Assembly: GCA_050010195.1 (NCBI GenBank)
Contig: JBEKLM010000001.1
Span: forward strand, 129,045-193,044
From: Verrucomicrobiia bacterium
GTDB lineage: Bacteria; Verrucomicrobiota; Verrucomicrobiia; Palsa-1439
DNA length: 64,000 nucleotides
Direction of reading: 5' to 3'
Of the stretch, positions 49,642-58,496 are shown piece after piece. The translations under genes and the position numbers were made by a program. Each line of letters starts with the position of its first letter. Positions within the stretch are counted from its first letter, which is position 1. The notes beneath the pieces were generated by a model. It was not told where the DNA came from and made no database searches. It saw nothing but the letters and a program-made list of their open reading frames with translations.

Positions 49642-51192
49642 ATGACTAAGCGGGTGGAAATAGCGCTGCTGCTGGCGATCATTGTGGTCGGGTTCGTCCT
49701 TCGCTGGACGGGACTGGAGTGGGGCGAAGGCTACCAACCGTCCGCCATCGGCGACGAGATCGAAGCATACCGCGTCGGGCTGGGACTCGTACACGGTGAG
49801 CGGCAGGCATTTTATCTTGGCGAACCGGAGGACTCCGGCGTGCACGTGGCCGGGCCGCTCTTCGCGTTGTGCTGGGCGGGGCTGCTGTTGGCCGGCGGCG
49901 GACCGGACGCGATGACGGCCACGATCATCGTGTTGAGCATGTTCGGCATCATTCTTGTGTATCTGCTCGCCAAGAGACTTTTCAACGGCCCAGTCGCGTT
50001 GTGGGCGAGCTTGTTTTGCGCGACGTCGCCATGGCCGGTGTATAACAGCGTCGGCTGCTGGAGTCCACCGTTCATGGCCGTATTGGGCGCGGCACTGTAT
50101 CTGGCCTTGTGGGACGTGATGACGCGGCCCAGGTCAGCACAGGTGTTTTGGGTGATGTTGATCCCGGCGGCGATGCTGCAGTTTCACATGTTCGGGATGT
50201 TTCTGCTGCCGGGTATTCTCGTACTGCTCGGCTTGCGGTTCCCCGAGGTGAACCGACGTTGGTTGATCGCCGGACTGGTGGCCGCCGTGCTGCTGTACGT
50301 GCCCTACGTCGTTGGCGAGACACTGAATGACTGGGAGAACACTCGCAAGTTCCTCAGTGTGCATAATTCATTTTCGGTCGCCTCGTTCAAAAGTCTGTCG
50401 TTGCCGGTTGCGGCCATGAGCAGTTACTTCGCCAGCGCCGTTGGCGGACGTTTTGCGGAATACGGGCAGTTCGGTGATGACATGTTCGGTTCGTTCGGGG
50501 TGGTGTTGACGTTCAACGCGCTCTCGATCGTGTTAGCTGTTGTGTTTGTCGCACACTTTGTGCGCCGGCTGATTGCCGCGCTTCGGGGGAACTGGTGGGC
50601 GCCGCGCCGAGCATGGGCGGCGGCTCCGGCGACGGTTTTTGCCGGCGTGCTGCTGCTGACGCCGCTGCTGTTGTTCGCGCTCATCGGCCGCAATTACGCC
50701 AGCCGGTACGTCATCGTTGAGTATCCGCTGTTGTTTCTGCTGCCCGCGCTGTTTCTGACGGCGCCGATTGGGCCGCGCTGGCGCAAGCTGATCGGCGCGG
50801 CGGTGACGCTGACCGTCGGCTTCAACCTCCTGCTGACGCCAGCGTTCTTCCGGTACCAGCGAAACCTCATCGACCACGGCGATTACTTTGTTGCGAGTTT
50901 TCGCCGGATGGAGCAGGTGCATCAACAGCTCGTCGCCGACGCCGGGCCGGCGTGCCGCGTGCGTGTGGATCCGGCGGCGTTCGCGGGGCCACGGTTTGCC
51001 AGCACCAATTGCGGTCCTTGGCTCCTGGCGACGTACGTGGACGTGGTCGAGCATTACGACCCGCAGCGGCAAGCAGCGCAGCAGGTGCAGGTGTACCGCG
51101 CCGAGCGGCTTGCCAATTTGGCGGAAGGCCGGGCGGCGGTCGTTTATGCAGGACACGGAATCGCGCTGGTGAAAGCGCCACACCAACGGTAA
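49642..51192 (+). CDS. ArnT/PMT-like GT-C polyprenyl-phosphate-sugar dependent glycosyltransferase (polytopic membrane protein).
   Basis: About 13 TM helices. N-terminal loop with an acidic motif (GDEIEAY). Overall resembles ArnT/LgmB 4-amino-arabinose/glucosamine transferases. ATG at 49642; the track ORF begins at a TTG at 49615. Confidence 0.55.
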   Translation: MTKRVEIALLLAIIVVGFVLRWTGLEWGEGYQPSAIGDEIEAYRVGLGLVHGERQAFYLGEPEDSGVHVAGPLFALCWAGLLLAGGGPDAMTATIIVLSMFGIILVYLLAKRLFNGPVALWASLFCATSPWPVYNSVGCWSPPFMAVLGAALYLALWDVMTRPRSAQVFWVMLIPAAMLQFHMFGMFLLPGILVLLGLRFPEVNRRWLIAGLVAAVLLYVPYVVGETLNDWENTRKFLSVHNSFSVASFKSLSLPVAAMSSYFASAVGGRFAEYGQFGDDMFGSFGVVLTFNALSIVLAVVFVAHFVRRLIAALRGNWWAPRRAWAAAPATVFAGVLLLTPLLLFALIGRNYASRYVIVEYPLLFLLPALFLTAPIGPRWRKLIGAAVTLTVGFNLLLTPAFFRYQRNLIDHGDYFVASFRRMEQVHQQLVADAGPACRVRVDPAAFAGPRFASTNCGPWLLATYVDVVEHYDPQRQAAQQVQVYRAERLANLAEGRAAVVYAGHGIALVKAPHQR

Positions 51193-51420
51193 GACGACGT
51201 GAACCGGCGATTGGCCGCCGCGGTCGCATGACGAACGGAATGCGGACGGCGCTGCTGGTCCTTGTGATCGCCGCGGACCTATCGATGCAGAATTAACTTG
51301 TCAGCAGTCTCAATGGCGATACGATGGCTGCTCGCAAGCCGTCGTGCAGAACAACCGACGAAACAGCACAAAGCTGATGCCGCTGAAGAAGACGATTTGC
51401 AATTGCACGATTGACCTGTC

Positions 51421-52458
51421 ATGACCAGTTCCAAGGCGCTCAAGCTTCTGACAGTTGTGACCGCGGCCCATAATGAGGCGGTCAACTTGCGGCCGCTGGT
51501 GGACCGGCTTAGCGTCGTGGCCGGTACGTTGGACGAATGGGAAGTGGCATTGCTGGTCGTGGACGATGGCAGCCGCGACAACAGCATTGCCGTGTTGGAT
51601 CAGTTGCGCGGCGAAGGTCAACCGGTCGGTTACTTGCGGTTGGCGCGAAATTTCGGCCATCAAGCGGCCTTGCAGGCCGGCGTGGCCGCCGCACGCGGCG
51701 ATGCCGTGCTGACCATGGATGCGGACCTGCAACATCCGCCCGAATGCATTCCGCAGATGCTGCAGGCGTTCGCGCGGGGAGCCGATGTGGTGCACATGGT
51801 CCGCAACCGTCCAGCGTCCGGCAATAAGGGACGTCTATCGCGGCTGTTTTACCGGATCTTCGCTGTGCTGGCGCACAGCGAGATTGTTCCCGAAGCGGCT
51901 GACTTCCGTTTGTTGAGCCGCCGCGTCGTGGAGGTGCTCAAGCAGATTCCCGAGCGGGAAAAATTTCTGCGCGCGTTGATTCCCTCTCTGGGCTTTCGCC
52001 AAACGGTGCTCCAGTTTGATGAGGATTGCCGTCAAGGCGGCGATCCGAAATACAGTTTCATGCGCTCGTTGGGCCTCGCACAAAAGGCGTTGTTCGACTT
52101 CAGCACGATCCCATTGCGGCTGGTGTTTTGGGCGGGAACCTTTTTGGCGCTGACCAGCTTCTGTTGGGGGATCGGCCATCTCGTCAAAAAGCTGGTTGCC
52201 TGGGAGTCCATCACCCCTGGGTTTACCGACATCATTACCTCGATTCTGTTCTTGTCAGGTTGCATCCTGGCTGCGATTGGAATACTCGGTCGATACCTGA
52301 TTCTGATTCTTGAACAAGTTCGGGGGCGACCGGACTTCATCGTGATGGAGAAGGTCGAAGCCGGCCCGCTGTCGAGTCAGAGCCGCCGGCCGCGGAATGG
52401 AGCACGAATTCTTGGTGCCGTTTCCGACCCGGCCGCCGGCTTGCGTCACCACAGATGA
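51421..52458 (+). CDS. GT2 polyprenyl-phosphate sugar synthase (ArnC/DPM1/LgmA-like) with 2 C-terminal TM helices.
   Basis: LTVVTAAHNEAVNL...VVDDGSRDNS...DADLQHPPE...RLLSRRVV. This matches the GT2 DXD/ED architecture of ArnC-like enzymes. Confidence 0.8.
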   Translation: MTSSKALKLLTVVTAAHNEAVNLRPLVDRLSVVAGTLDEWEVALLVVDDGSRDNSIAVLDQLRGEGQPVGYLRLARNFGHQAALQAGVAAARGDAVLTMDADLQHPPECIPQMLQAFARGADVVHMVRNRPASGNKGRLSRLFYRIFAVLAHSEIVPEAADFRLLSRRVVEVLKQIPEREKFLRALIPSLGFRQTVLQFDEDCRQGGDPKYSFMRSLGLAQKALFDFSTIPLRLVFWAGTFLALTSFCWGIGHLVKKLVAWESITPGFTDIITSILFLSGCILAAIGILGRYLILILEQVRGRPDFIVMEKVEAGPLSSQSRRPRNGARILGAVSDPAAGLRHHR

Positions 52459-52459
52459 A

Positions 52460-53320
52460 GTGAAGCAACTCGTCATCAACGCCGACGATTTCGGGCTCGA
52501 CCCGGCCGTCAACGCGGCGATCGCCAAAGCCCACACGGACGGCCTGTTGACCAGCGCCAGTTTGCTGATCGCCGCACCGCACGCGGCCGAGGCCATCGAG
52601 TTTGCCAGGTTCCACCCGCACCTTGGCGTCGGCCTTCATCTTTGCCTGGTGGACGGTCGCTCCGCGGCGCTGCCGGACAAAATCCCGTCGCTGGCAACGG
52701 CCATGGGTCAGTTGCCGCCGAGTCCGTTCGCTCTCAGCGTCCGATTGTCGTCCAATAAACAATTGGAGACCGACATCGAAATCGAACTCCGCGCGCAAAT
52801 CAGCCAGTTCATGACGACCGGCCTGCGTCCAACCCATTTCGATACACATCAGCATACGCATCTCCACCCGCGCGTGCGGACCATCGTCGCCCGCCTCGCG
52901 CGCGAGTATGGCGTCACCTACATCCGCGCACCGGTCGAACCCCTGTGGCCGGCCCTCTGCTGCAACCGGCAGCGCCTGCCGCGGAAACTCGTCCGCTGGA
53001 CGATCTTTTCCACGCTCGGCTCGTGGACGAAACGGCAACTGCGGCAACAGGGTTTCCGCACGGTCGACCGCGCGGTCGGTGTCCTTGACCCCGGGCATCT
53101 GACCGAGGAATTTCTCGCACCCTACCTGCGCCGATTGCCGGACGGTCTTACCGAGGTGTTCTTCCACCCCGCCGATCGACCGGCCGAACCTCTTCTCCAG
53201 ATGCAGCGCGGCTACGAACACGCCGCCGAACTCCAGGCCCTCTGTAGCCCGCAGTTGCGCCAGCTCATCAACGACTCCGGCATCCGCCTCACCAATTTCC
53301 GAGAATTGGCCCTGCCCTGA
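52460..53320 (+). CDS. YdjC/ChbG-family carbohydrate deacetylase (HpnK/LgmC-like).
   Basis: LVINADDFGLDPAVNAAIAKAH...FHPHLGVGLHLCLVDG...HFDTHQHTHLHP. A GTG start at 52460 sits 2 nt after the GT2 stop; the track ORF begins further upstream, inside the GT2 gene. Confidence 0.75.
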   Translation: MKQLVINADDFGLDPAVNAAIAKAHTDGLLTSASLLIAAPHAAEAIEFARFHPHLGVGLHLCLVDGRSAALPDKIPSLATAMGQLPPSPFALSVRLSSNKQLETDIEIELRAQISQFMTTGLRPTHFDTHQHTHLHPRVRTIVARLAREYGVTYIRAPVEPLWPALCCNRQRLPRKLVRWTIFSTLGSWTKRQLRQQGFRTVDRAVGVLDPGHLTEEFLAPYLRRLPDGLTEVFFHPADRPAEPLLQMQRGYEHAAELQALCSPQLRQLINDSGIRLTNFRELALP

Positions 53321-53334
53321 GCTTGTCGAAGGGT
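53315..53334 (+). repeat. 20-nt direct repeat copy 1 (CCCTGAGCTTGTCGAAGGGT), flanking an AT-rich island.
   Basis: A second copy at 53748-53767 differs at a single position. Both contain the short inverted repeat CCCT...AGGG. Confidence 0.5.
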
Positions 53335-53709
53335 TCGATTGGCTGAATTCAGCCACCTCGGACGCCCATTCGAACCCCAAACGAACCCAACACAAAACAG
53401 CCCTATCATATCGCCGTAACTCCTTGTCCCCCAACCGCCGAAAAGCCAGATTTTTGTCCATTATAATTGGCTTCGTTTTGCCGAATTACACATATGGGGC
53501 GTTCCCCCTGCCCATTGGCCTCATCAATTCCCAACTCTGAACCCCGAACCGTTAACCTTGAACATCGGTCCGCCCTCTATTTCAAAGAACCATAACGGTA
53601 CCCATCATACACTACCGCATATCGCTTGTCTATATAAATCTATCGGCACACCGATTTCCGTAGAAACCATCCGCCCGAGGACCCGGAAATAACCGCTCGC
53701 CGCGCCTAG

Positions 53710-54027
53710 CAAGCGCGGACCCGCCGCCTTTGCCGTTCCGGTTGTCACCCTGAGCCTGTCGAAGGGTCTCTGTCGTTCGCCGTTCCCGCTGGGTCAGCGT
53801 TTAAGGACGAAGATGTCGCTGAGATCGGCAATCTTCTATTCATCAACGATAAGTTGAACAACAAATTGAAGAGGAAGCCATTTTTTGAAAAGCTCGCGGC
53901 TCTGAAAGCGTCGCAAGTGTGGCTTGATGATTACCTGAAATTTCAAACTGCTTGGAGCCCGTCACAGATACGCAAGCGCTCAGATCGCCTGGCTCATCTG
54001 GCATATAGGGACGTGTGGAAATTGTAA
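53710..54027 (+). pseudogene. Start-less C-terminal ORF remnant of unknown family, in lower-GC sequence.
   Basis: Open frame from a TAG at 53707-53709 to a TAA at 54025-54027, encoding ...NDKLNNKLKRKPFFEKLAALKASQVWLDDYLKFQTAWSPSQIRKRSDRLAHLAYRDVWKL. There is no in-frame ATG. Its AT-rich composition differs from the rest of the window. Confidence 0.3.
53748..53767 (+). repeat. 20-nt direct repeat copy 2 (CCCTGAGCCTGTCGAAGGGT).
   Basis: See copy 1. Confidence 0.5.
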
Positions 54028-54174
54028 ACCAAGATCGTAGACGGGTTCACCGTTTTACAATTTACAATGTTGGGCTCACCTCTCAACCTCGCCCCATCGC
54101 ATCACTGTCACACCCGCCTCGCGCCGCAGAGCCGCGACTGCGCGGAGACGCCGTTGCGTGGGTTCAACCCGGAC

Positions 54175-54798
54175 TCAGATCGACTTGCGGAACCAAGTCG
54201 GATCGGCCTTGTCCGTCGTGAACCCCATCTTGCGCAGATACCCCTGATGGGCCTTGACGCCACTGCACGCCGCGAACGTGCGAAATCCCTGCTCGCGCAA
54301 TGTCGTCTGGTTGGCAGCGTAAAAAAACCGCGCGTTCTTGAGATCCCGATAGTCGGGAATGACGTAGTCCATTACGATATTGACCACTCCGGCCGACTGC
54401 GGTTCGTAGACGAAGAGCCCGACGGGCATGAGATTTCGCAGAACGAAGATGGACTGCGGCTGGCTCAGTCGCCTCCAGTCGAATTCCGGAAAATACCGCG
54501 CAATGTCCGCCCGGTAGTATTTCAGGAATTCATCGCGAATTGCCGACCGATCCGGGGCGATCGGCACCAGGCTGAAGTAATCGCGCCGCGTCGAGATCCG
54601 ATACAGGTAATAGGCGTCCGCCCCGGCGATAAACGCGTTCAGCAACAACACCGGATACGACCGCAAGCACAGTCCATACACCGTAAACAGCAGCGCGCCG
54701 GCCAGATTGATCCAACGCAGCTTCCAAATGTTGTCCATCAACAATGATGCGGCGATCAATATCGAGCCAGCGTAACCAATCCATTCCGTCCGTTGCAT
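54175..54798 (-). CDS. Hypothetical membrane-anchored protein: an N-terminal YgjV-like 2-3 TM segment plus a soluble C-terminal domain.
   Basis: MQRTEWIGYAGSILIAASLLMDNIWKLRWINLAGALLFTVYGLCL... Its amino-acid composition is protein-like, unlike the overlapping plus-strand ORF 54067-54747. Confidence 0.4.
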   Translation of the reverse strand: MQRTEWIGYAGSILIAASLLMDNIWKLRWINLAGALLFTVYGLCLRSYPVLLLNAFIAGADAYYLYRISTRRDYFSLVPIAPDRSAIRDEFLKYYRADIARYFPEFDWRRLSQPQSIFVLRNLMPVGLFVYEPQSAGVVNIVMDYVIPDYRDLKNARFFYAANQTTLREQGFRTFAACSGVKAHQGYLRKMGFTTDKADPTWFRKSI

Positions 54799-55013
54799 CC
54801 TGCCAGACTAGCAACTCCATGGCAAAAAACCAAATACCACTTGTTCGCGGGGTATGGCGACGCGACACCAACGAATCCGACAGGGAAGATGGGGTCAGAC
54901 CCACCCCGGCCCCATCGCATCGCCGTCACACCCGAGCGGATGTTACCCCGATTTTTTACCCCGAATTCTTTTCGGGGCGAGATCGGGGCTGCGTGAGAGA
55001 ATCCGCCTTCTGC

Positions 55014-56531
55014 CTACTTCCCCCCAGAAGATTCACGAGACAGCGCCCGGTCCAGATTGATTTGCGCGTCCATGTAATCGGGCTTGATTCGCAAGGCCTG
55101 ACGGTACTGCTCGACCGCCTCCGGCACCTTCCCCGCCTGCAGCAAAGCCGTCCCCAGATAGTTGTGCGCCTCCGCAAAATCAGGTTTGAGCTCCACCGCT
55201 CGTTGGAAGTGCGCGATCGCAGGAGAAATTTTCCCCGACCTCCCCAGCGCCAGCCCCAGGTTGTATTGCGCCATCCACGCCTCGGGGTTCTTGGTCACGG
55301 TATCGAGCCACAGAGTTTCGCTGGTGGCGTAAACCCCGGCCCGCACCCACGTGCCAACCTCCAACGCCATCAGTACAACCACGCCCACCACCATGCCCAA
55401 GGTCTTCCCCAGCCCGCTGAGCTTGCGGACAAGCACAACCCCGCCCGACACGACCAGCGCGACGATTCCGATGATCGAGTAGTACTGCCAGTGGTCCGCC
55501 ACCAGCGAGTAGTCGTAAAACCCTTGATCGAAAAATCCCAACACCGGGAACAGCGTCACCACAAAATACCCCACACCGAACAACAACGGTCGCCCCCACG
55601 TCTTTCGCTTCCACCAAAACAGCGCCAGGCATCCCACCAGCAACAACAACGGAAGCCAGGACGTCCCCCGAGATGCATCGATGTTCCACTTCGGATAGAT
55701 CACGGACAAATTGACCGGCCATAGCACCTTGCCCAGGTAAAACCAAATCGCCCAACCTGCTTCCGCCAGTCGTGAAAGAAACCCTCCCGCTCGGAACGTG
55801 GTCCCTCTCAAGACACGATGATACTGAAACCAAACGGTCGCCAAGCCGAACAGAAGCGACAACGCGAAAATTGGCGCGCCGCGCAGCCAGTCTTTCCATC
55901 GTAATCGGCCATGCAACCACCACACGCATCCCAACAGCGCGACCGGCAGCATGACCACCGCCGTCTTGCTGAATAACGCCAGCAGAAACGCTCCCAACGA
56001 CAACCCATAATAGTCCCACCGGCTTTCTGCGTCGAACCTCAGGTACAACAGGATCGCCACGCAGAAAAACAGCATGGACAACGTGTTCTTCTGCTCGCTG
56101 ATCCACGCCGCCGTGGCCACGTTCACCGGATGAATCGCAAACACCAGCGCCGCCAGCCACGCGCCCGGAATGTTCAGCCGACACAGGATGATCCAGACCA
56201 GCACGGCATTGGCGGCGTGCAAGAGAACGTTAAGCACGTGATAACCCGCCGCGTGATCGCCCCACCACCGCCATTCCAGCCACCACAAACTGCCCGTCAG
56301 CGGATAGTAGTCCGCCGCACCCGCCCCGGACCACAACAGGCGGATTCCATTGTCCGCCCGCACCATTCCGTTTTCCGTGATGAGCGGATAATCATCGAAA
56401 ACGAACCCGCCGCGCAACGCGGGCAGGTAGACGGCGAACGTGATCAGAACAATCAGCCCCGCTTTGGGCAGGAACGCCGGCCGGAACATCGTCGGGCACC
56501 GCGGATATTGGACTGCGGGGACAGTTTGCAA
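55014..56531 (-). CDS. TMTC-like GT-C/TPR membrane protein, paralog 4.
   Basis: DD motif GFVFDDYPLITENGMV. About 11 TM helices. C-terminal TPRs AIAHFQRAVELKPDFAEAHNYLGTALLQAGKVPEAVEQYRQALRIKPDY. Confidence 0.7.
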   Translation of the reverse strand: MQTVPAVQYPRCPTMFRPAFLPKAGLIVLITFAVYLPALRGGFVFDDYPLITENGMVRADNGIRLLWSGAGAADYYPLTGSLWWLEWRWWGDHAAGYHVLNVLLHAANAVLVWIILCRLNIPGAWLAALVFAIHPVNVATAAWISEQKNTLSMLFFCVAILLYLRFDAESRWDYYGLSLGAFLLALFSKTAVVMLPVALLGCVWWLHGRLRWKDWLRGAPIFALSLLFGLATVWFQYHRVLRGTTFRAGGFLSRLAEAGWAIWFYLGKVLWPVNLSVIYPKWNIDASRGTSWLPLLLLVGCLALFWWKRKTWGRPLLFGVGYFVVTLFPVLGFFDQGFYDYSLVADHWQYYSIIGIVALVVSGGVVLVRKLSGLGKTLGMVVGVVVLMALEVGTWVRAGVYATSETLWLDTVTKNPEAWMAQYNLGLALGRSGKISPAIAHFQRAVELKPDFAEAHNYLGTALLQAGKVPEAVEQYRQALRIKPDYMDAQINLDRALSRESSGGK

Positions 56532-56672
56532 GCATCTGGTTTATACGGCGGCCCGATTCGCCACCGCCAGCGAAAACGTCAACCGCTGCGACTCGCTGTC
56601 GCCGTCATGTTCTTTCGCGCGAAGTGCCGCACGGATACAAGCCGCAACCAGCACACTTCTGAACCAGTTGTG

Positions 56673-58496
56673 CTACACCTTCGCCTCAACCGGACGGGCT
56701 GGCGATGACTGGCGGGGCGAGGCGGCATGAAGACCGATGGCTTCTGTGACGGCGGCGCGCAGGCCGTCAATGGTTATCGGCTTGGTGACGACCAAATCCA
56801 CGCCGGTGGGTTTTTCGTTGACGTCCTTCATCATGGCACCGAATCCTGTAAGCATAACGATGGTTACGGTTGGATCAGCCAATCGGATGGCCGTTGCCAC
56901 CCGGTCGCCGTTCATGTCGGGCATGGCGCGATCGACAACCACGAGATCGAACTGGCCGTTGTGAAACTTCTCCAGTCCGTCGCGCCCGCTGTCGGCAACC
57001 TCCACGGTGTGCCCGTCATTTTTTAAATATTCACCAATGATCGTGCGCACCATCGCTTCGTCGTCCACTACGAGCACGCGCAAGTGCTCGAGCGCCTTCA
57101 CCGGCTGCGCCGAGGGCACAGATTGCGGGTTGGCTGACTGGAGCGGAAAGCGGACGATGAAGGTCGAGCCCTTGCCAACCTCACTGCTAATGTCAATCGT
57201 GCCTTGGTGGCGTTGCACGATGCCATACACCATGGACAATCCCAAACCGGTGCCATGCGTCCCCTTGGTCGTGAAGAACGGTTCGAGACAGCGCTGGCGC
57301 ACGTCGTCGGTCATGCCGACGCCCGTGTCGCTGACTTCGAGCGTGACCTGACTGTCGTCGCCACGCGTGCGGACGATGATGGTTCCACCTCGCGGCATCG
57401 CCTCGACCGCGTTAAAGATCAGATTCGTCAGCACTTCGCGCAACTCGCCTGCGTCGCCGGCCACTGGTGGAACGTTCTGGAAATCCTTTTGCAGGGTGAT
57501 GGAGATGGTTTTGGCCTCCGCTTGTGTCTTCCACATTGGTTGCGTTAGCGAAATGGTATCCTCGACAAGCTGGTTCAGGTCAACCCCCCCAAATACTTCC
57601 CGCCCCTCGCGGTGACGGTAAAACTCACGGAGACGATTCACGACATTACCGGCATCCTTGGCGCTGGTGTTGATCATCTCCACGTAGCGCTTCAGCTTTT
57701 GTTTGTCATCCAGGTTCTCCGGGTGGTGCAGCAACAGTTCACTCAAACCCAGGATGCCGACGAGAGCGTTATTGAAATCGTGGGCGATACCGCTGGCCAT
57801 GCCGCCCAGCGCCCGCAGGCGCTCCTGCTGAATGATCCGCTGCTGGGTGTTCCTCAGCTCTTCGAGCACGAGTTTCAGTCGCTGCTCGCTTTCGCGGTGC
57901 TCGGCGATTTCGATAAGAAGCCTGTCATTCGTTACCTGAAGCTGTTGGGTTCGTTCGCTAACGATTCTTTCCAGATCGGCCATTTGGTTCCTCACCTGGC
58001 GGATGAGGCGCCACTTCTCCGTCAGCGCATTGGCCAATTGCAGGATTTCCACCGTGTCAAAGGGCTTCTTGAGAAACAGCAGACGATCCGAGTTCCCCAG
58101 CTTCGCAATGATCTCGTCCCACGAATAATCCGAGTACGCGCTGCAGATCACCACCTGGAGATCGGAATCAACTTCCCAAAGCTTCTGCGTGGTCTCAATT
58201 CCGTCCCAACCGGGCGGCATTCGTACATCCACAATCGCGATCGCGTAAGGCCGCCCACTTTGGAGGGACTGACGAACCCGCTTCAACCCCTCCTCGCCTT
58301 GATAGGCCGAGTCGATCTCGAAGACCGCTGATTGGCGGGCACGGGTCGGTTCGTCGAACAGTTTTGCCTCCGCTTCCCCCAGCGCCGTTGTGTCGGCAGA
58401 GGGTGGGCAAAGGATTTTCCGAGAATCTTCGTGAATGGCGCGATTGTCGTCGATCACCAGAATTCGATAGCTCTTATTGGAATCTTGATTGTTCAT
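56673..58496 (-). CDS. Hybrid sensor histidine kinase/response regulator with the architecture REC - HisKA - HATPase_c - REC.
   Basis: N-terminal REC (ILVIDDNRAIHED...IVDVRMPPGWDG). H-box ALGGMASGIAHDFNN. HATPase G-boxes (DTGVGM; GTGLGLSMV). C-terminal REC (VLVVDDEAMVR...VVDRAMPDMNG). Confidence 0.85.
   Translation of the reverse strand: MNNQDSNKSYRILVIDDNRAIHEDSRKILCPPSADTTALGEAEAKLFDEPTRARQSAVFEIDSAYQGEEGLKRVRQSLQSGRPYAIAIVDVRMPPGWDGIETTQKLWEVDSDLQVVICSAYSDYSWDEIIAKLGNSDRLLFLKKPFDTVEILQLANALTEKWRLIRQVRNQMADLERIVSERTQQLQVTNDRLLIEIAEHRESEQRLKLVLEELRNTQQRIIQQERLRALGGMASGIAHDFNNALVGILGLSELLLHHPENLDDKQKLKRYVEMINTSAKDAGNVVNRLREFYRHREGREVFGGVDLNQLVEDTISLTQPMWKTQAEAKTISITLQKDFQNVPPVAGDAGELREVLTNLIFNAVEAMPRGGTIIVRTRGDDSQVTLEVSDTGVGMTDDVRQRCLEPFFTTKGTHGTGLGLSMVYGIVQRHQGTIDISSEVGKGSTFIVRFPLQSANPQSVPSAQPVKALEHLRVLVVDDEAMVRTIIGEYLKNDGHTVEVADSGRDGLEKFHNGQFDLVVVDRAMPDMNGDRVATAIRLADPTVTIVMLTGFGAMMKDVNEKPTGVDLVVTKPITIDGLRAAVTEAIGLHAASPRQSSPARPVEAKV

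Noticed and set aside
54067-54747. 226-aa plus-strand ORF overlapping 54175-54798.
   Set aside because: It is R/P/Q-rich with no TM helices or domains. The minus-strand frame encodes a membrane-protein-like sequence and was preferred.
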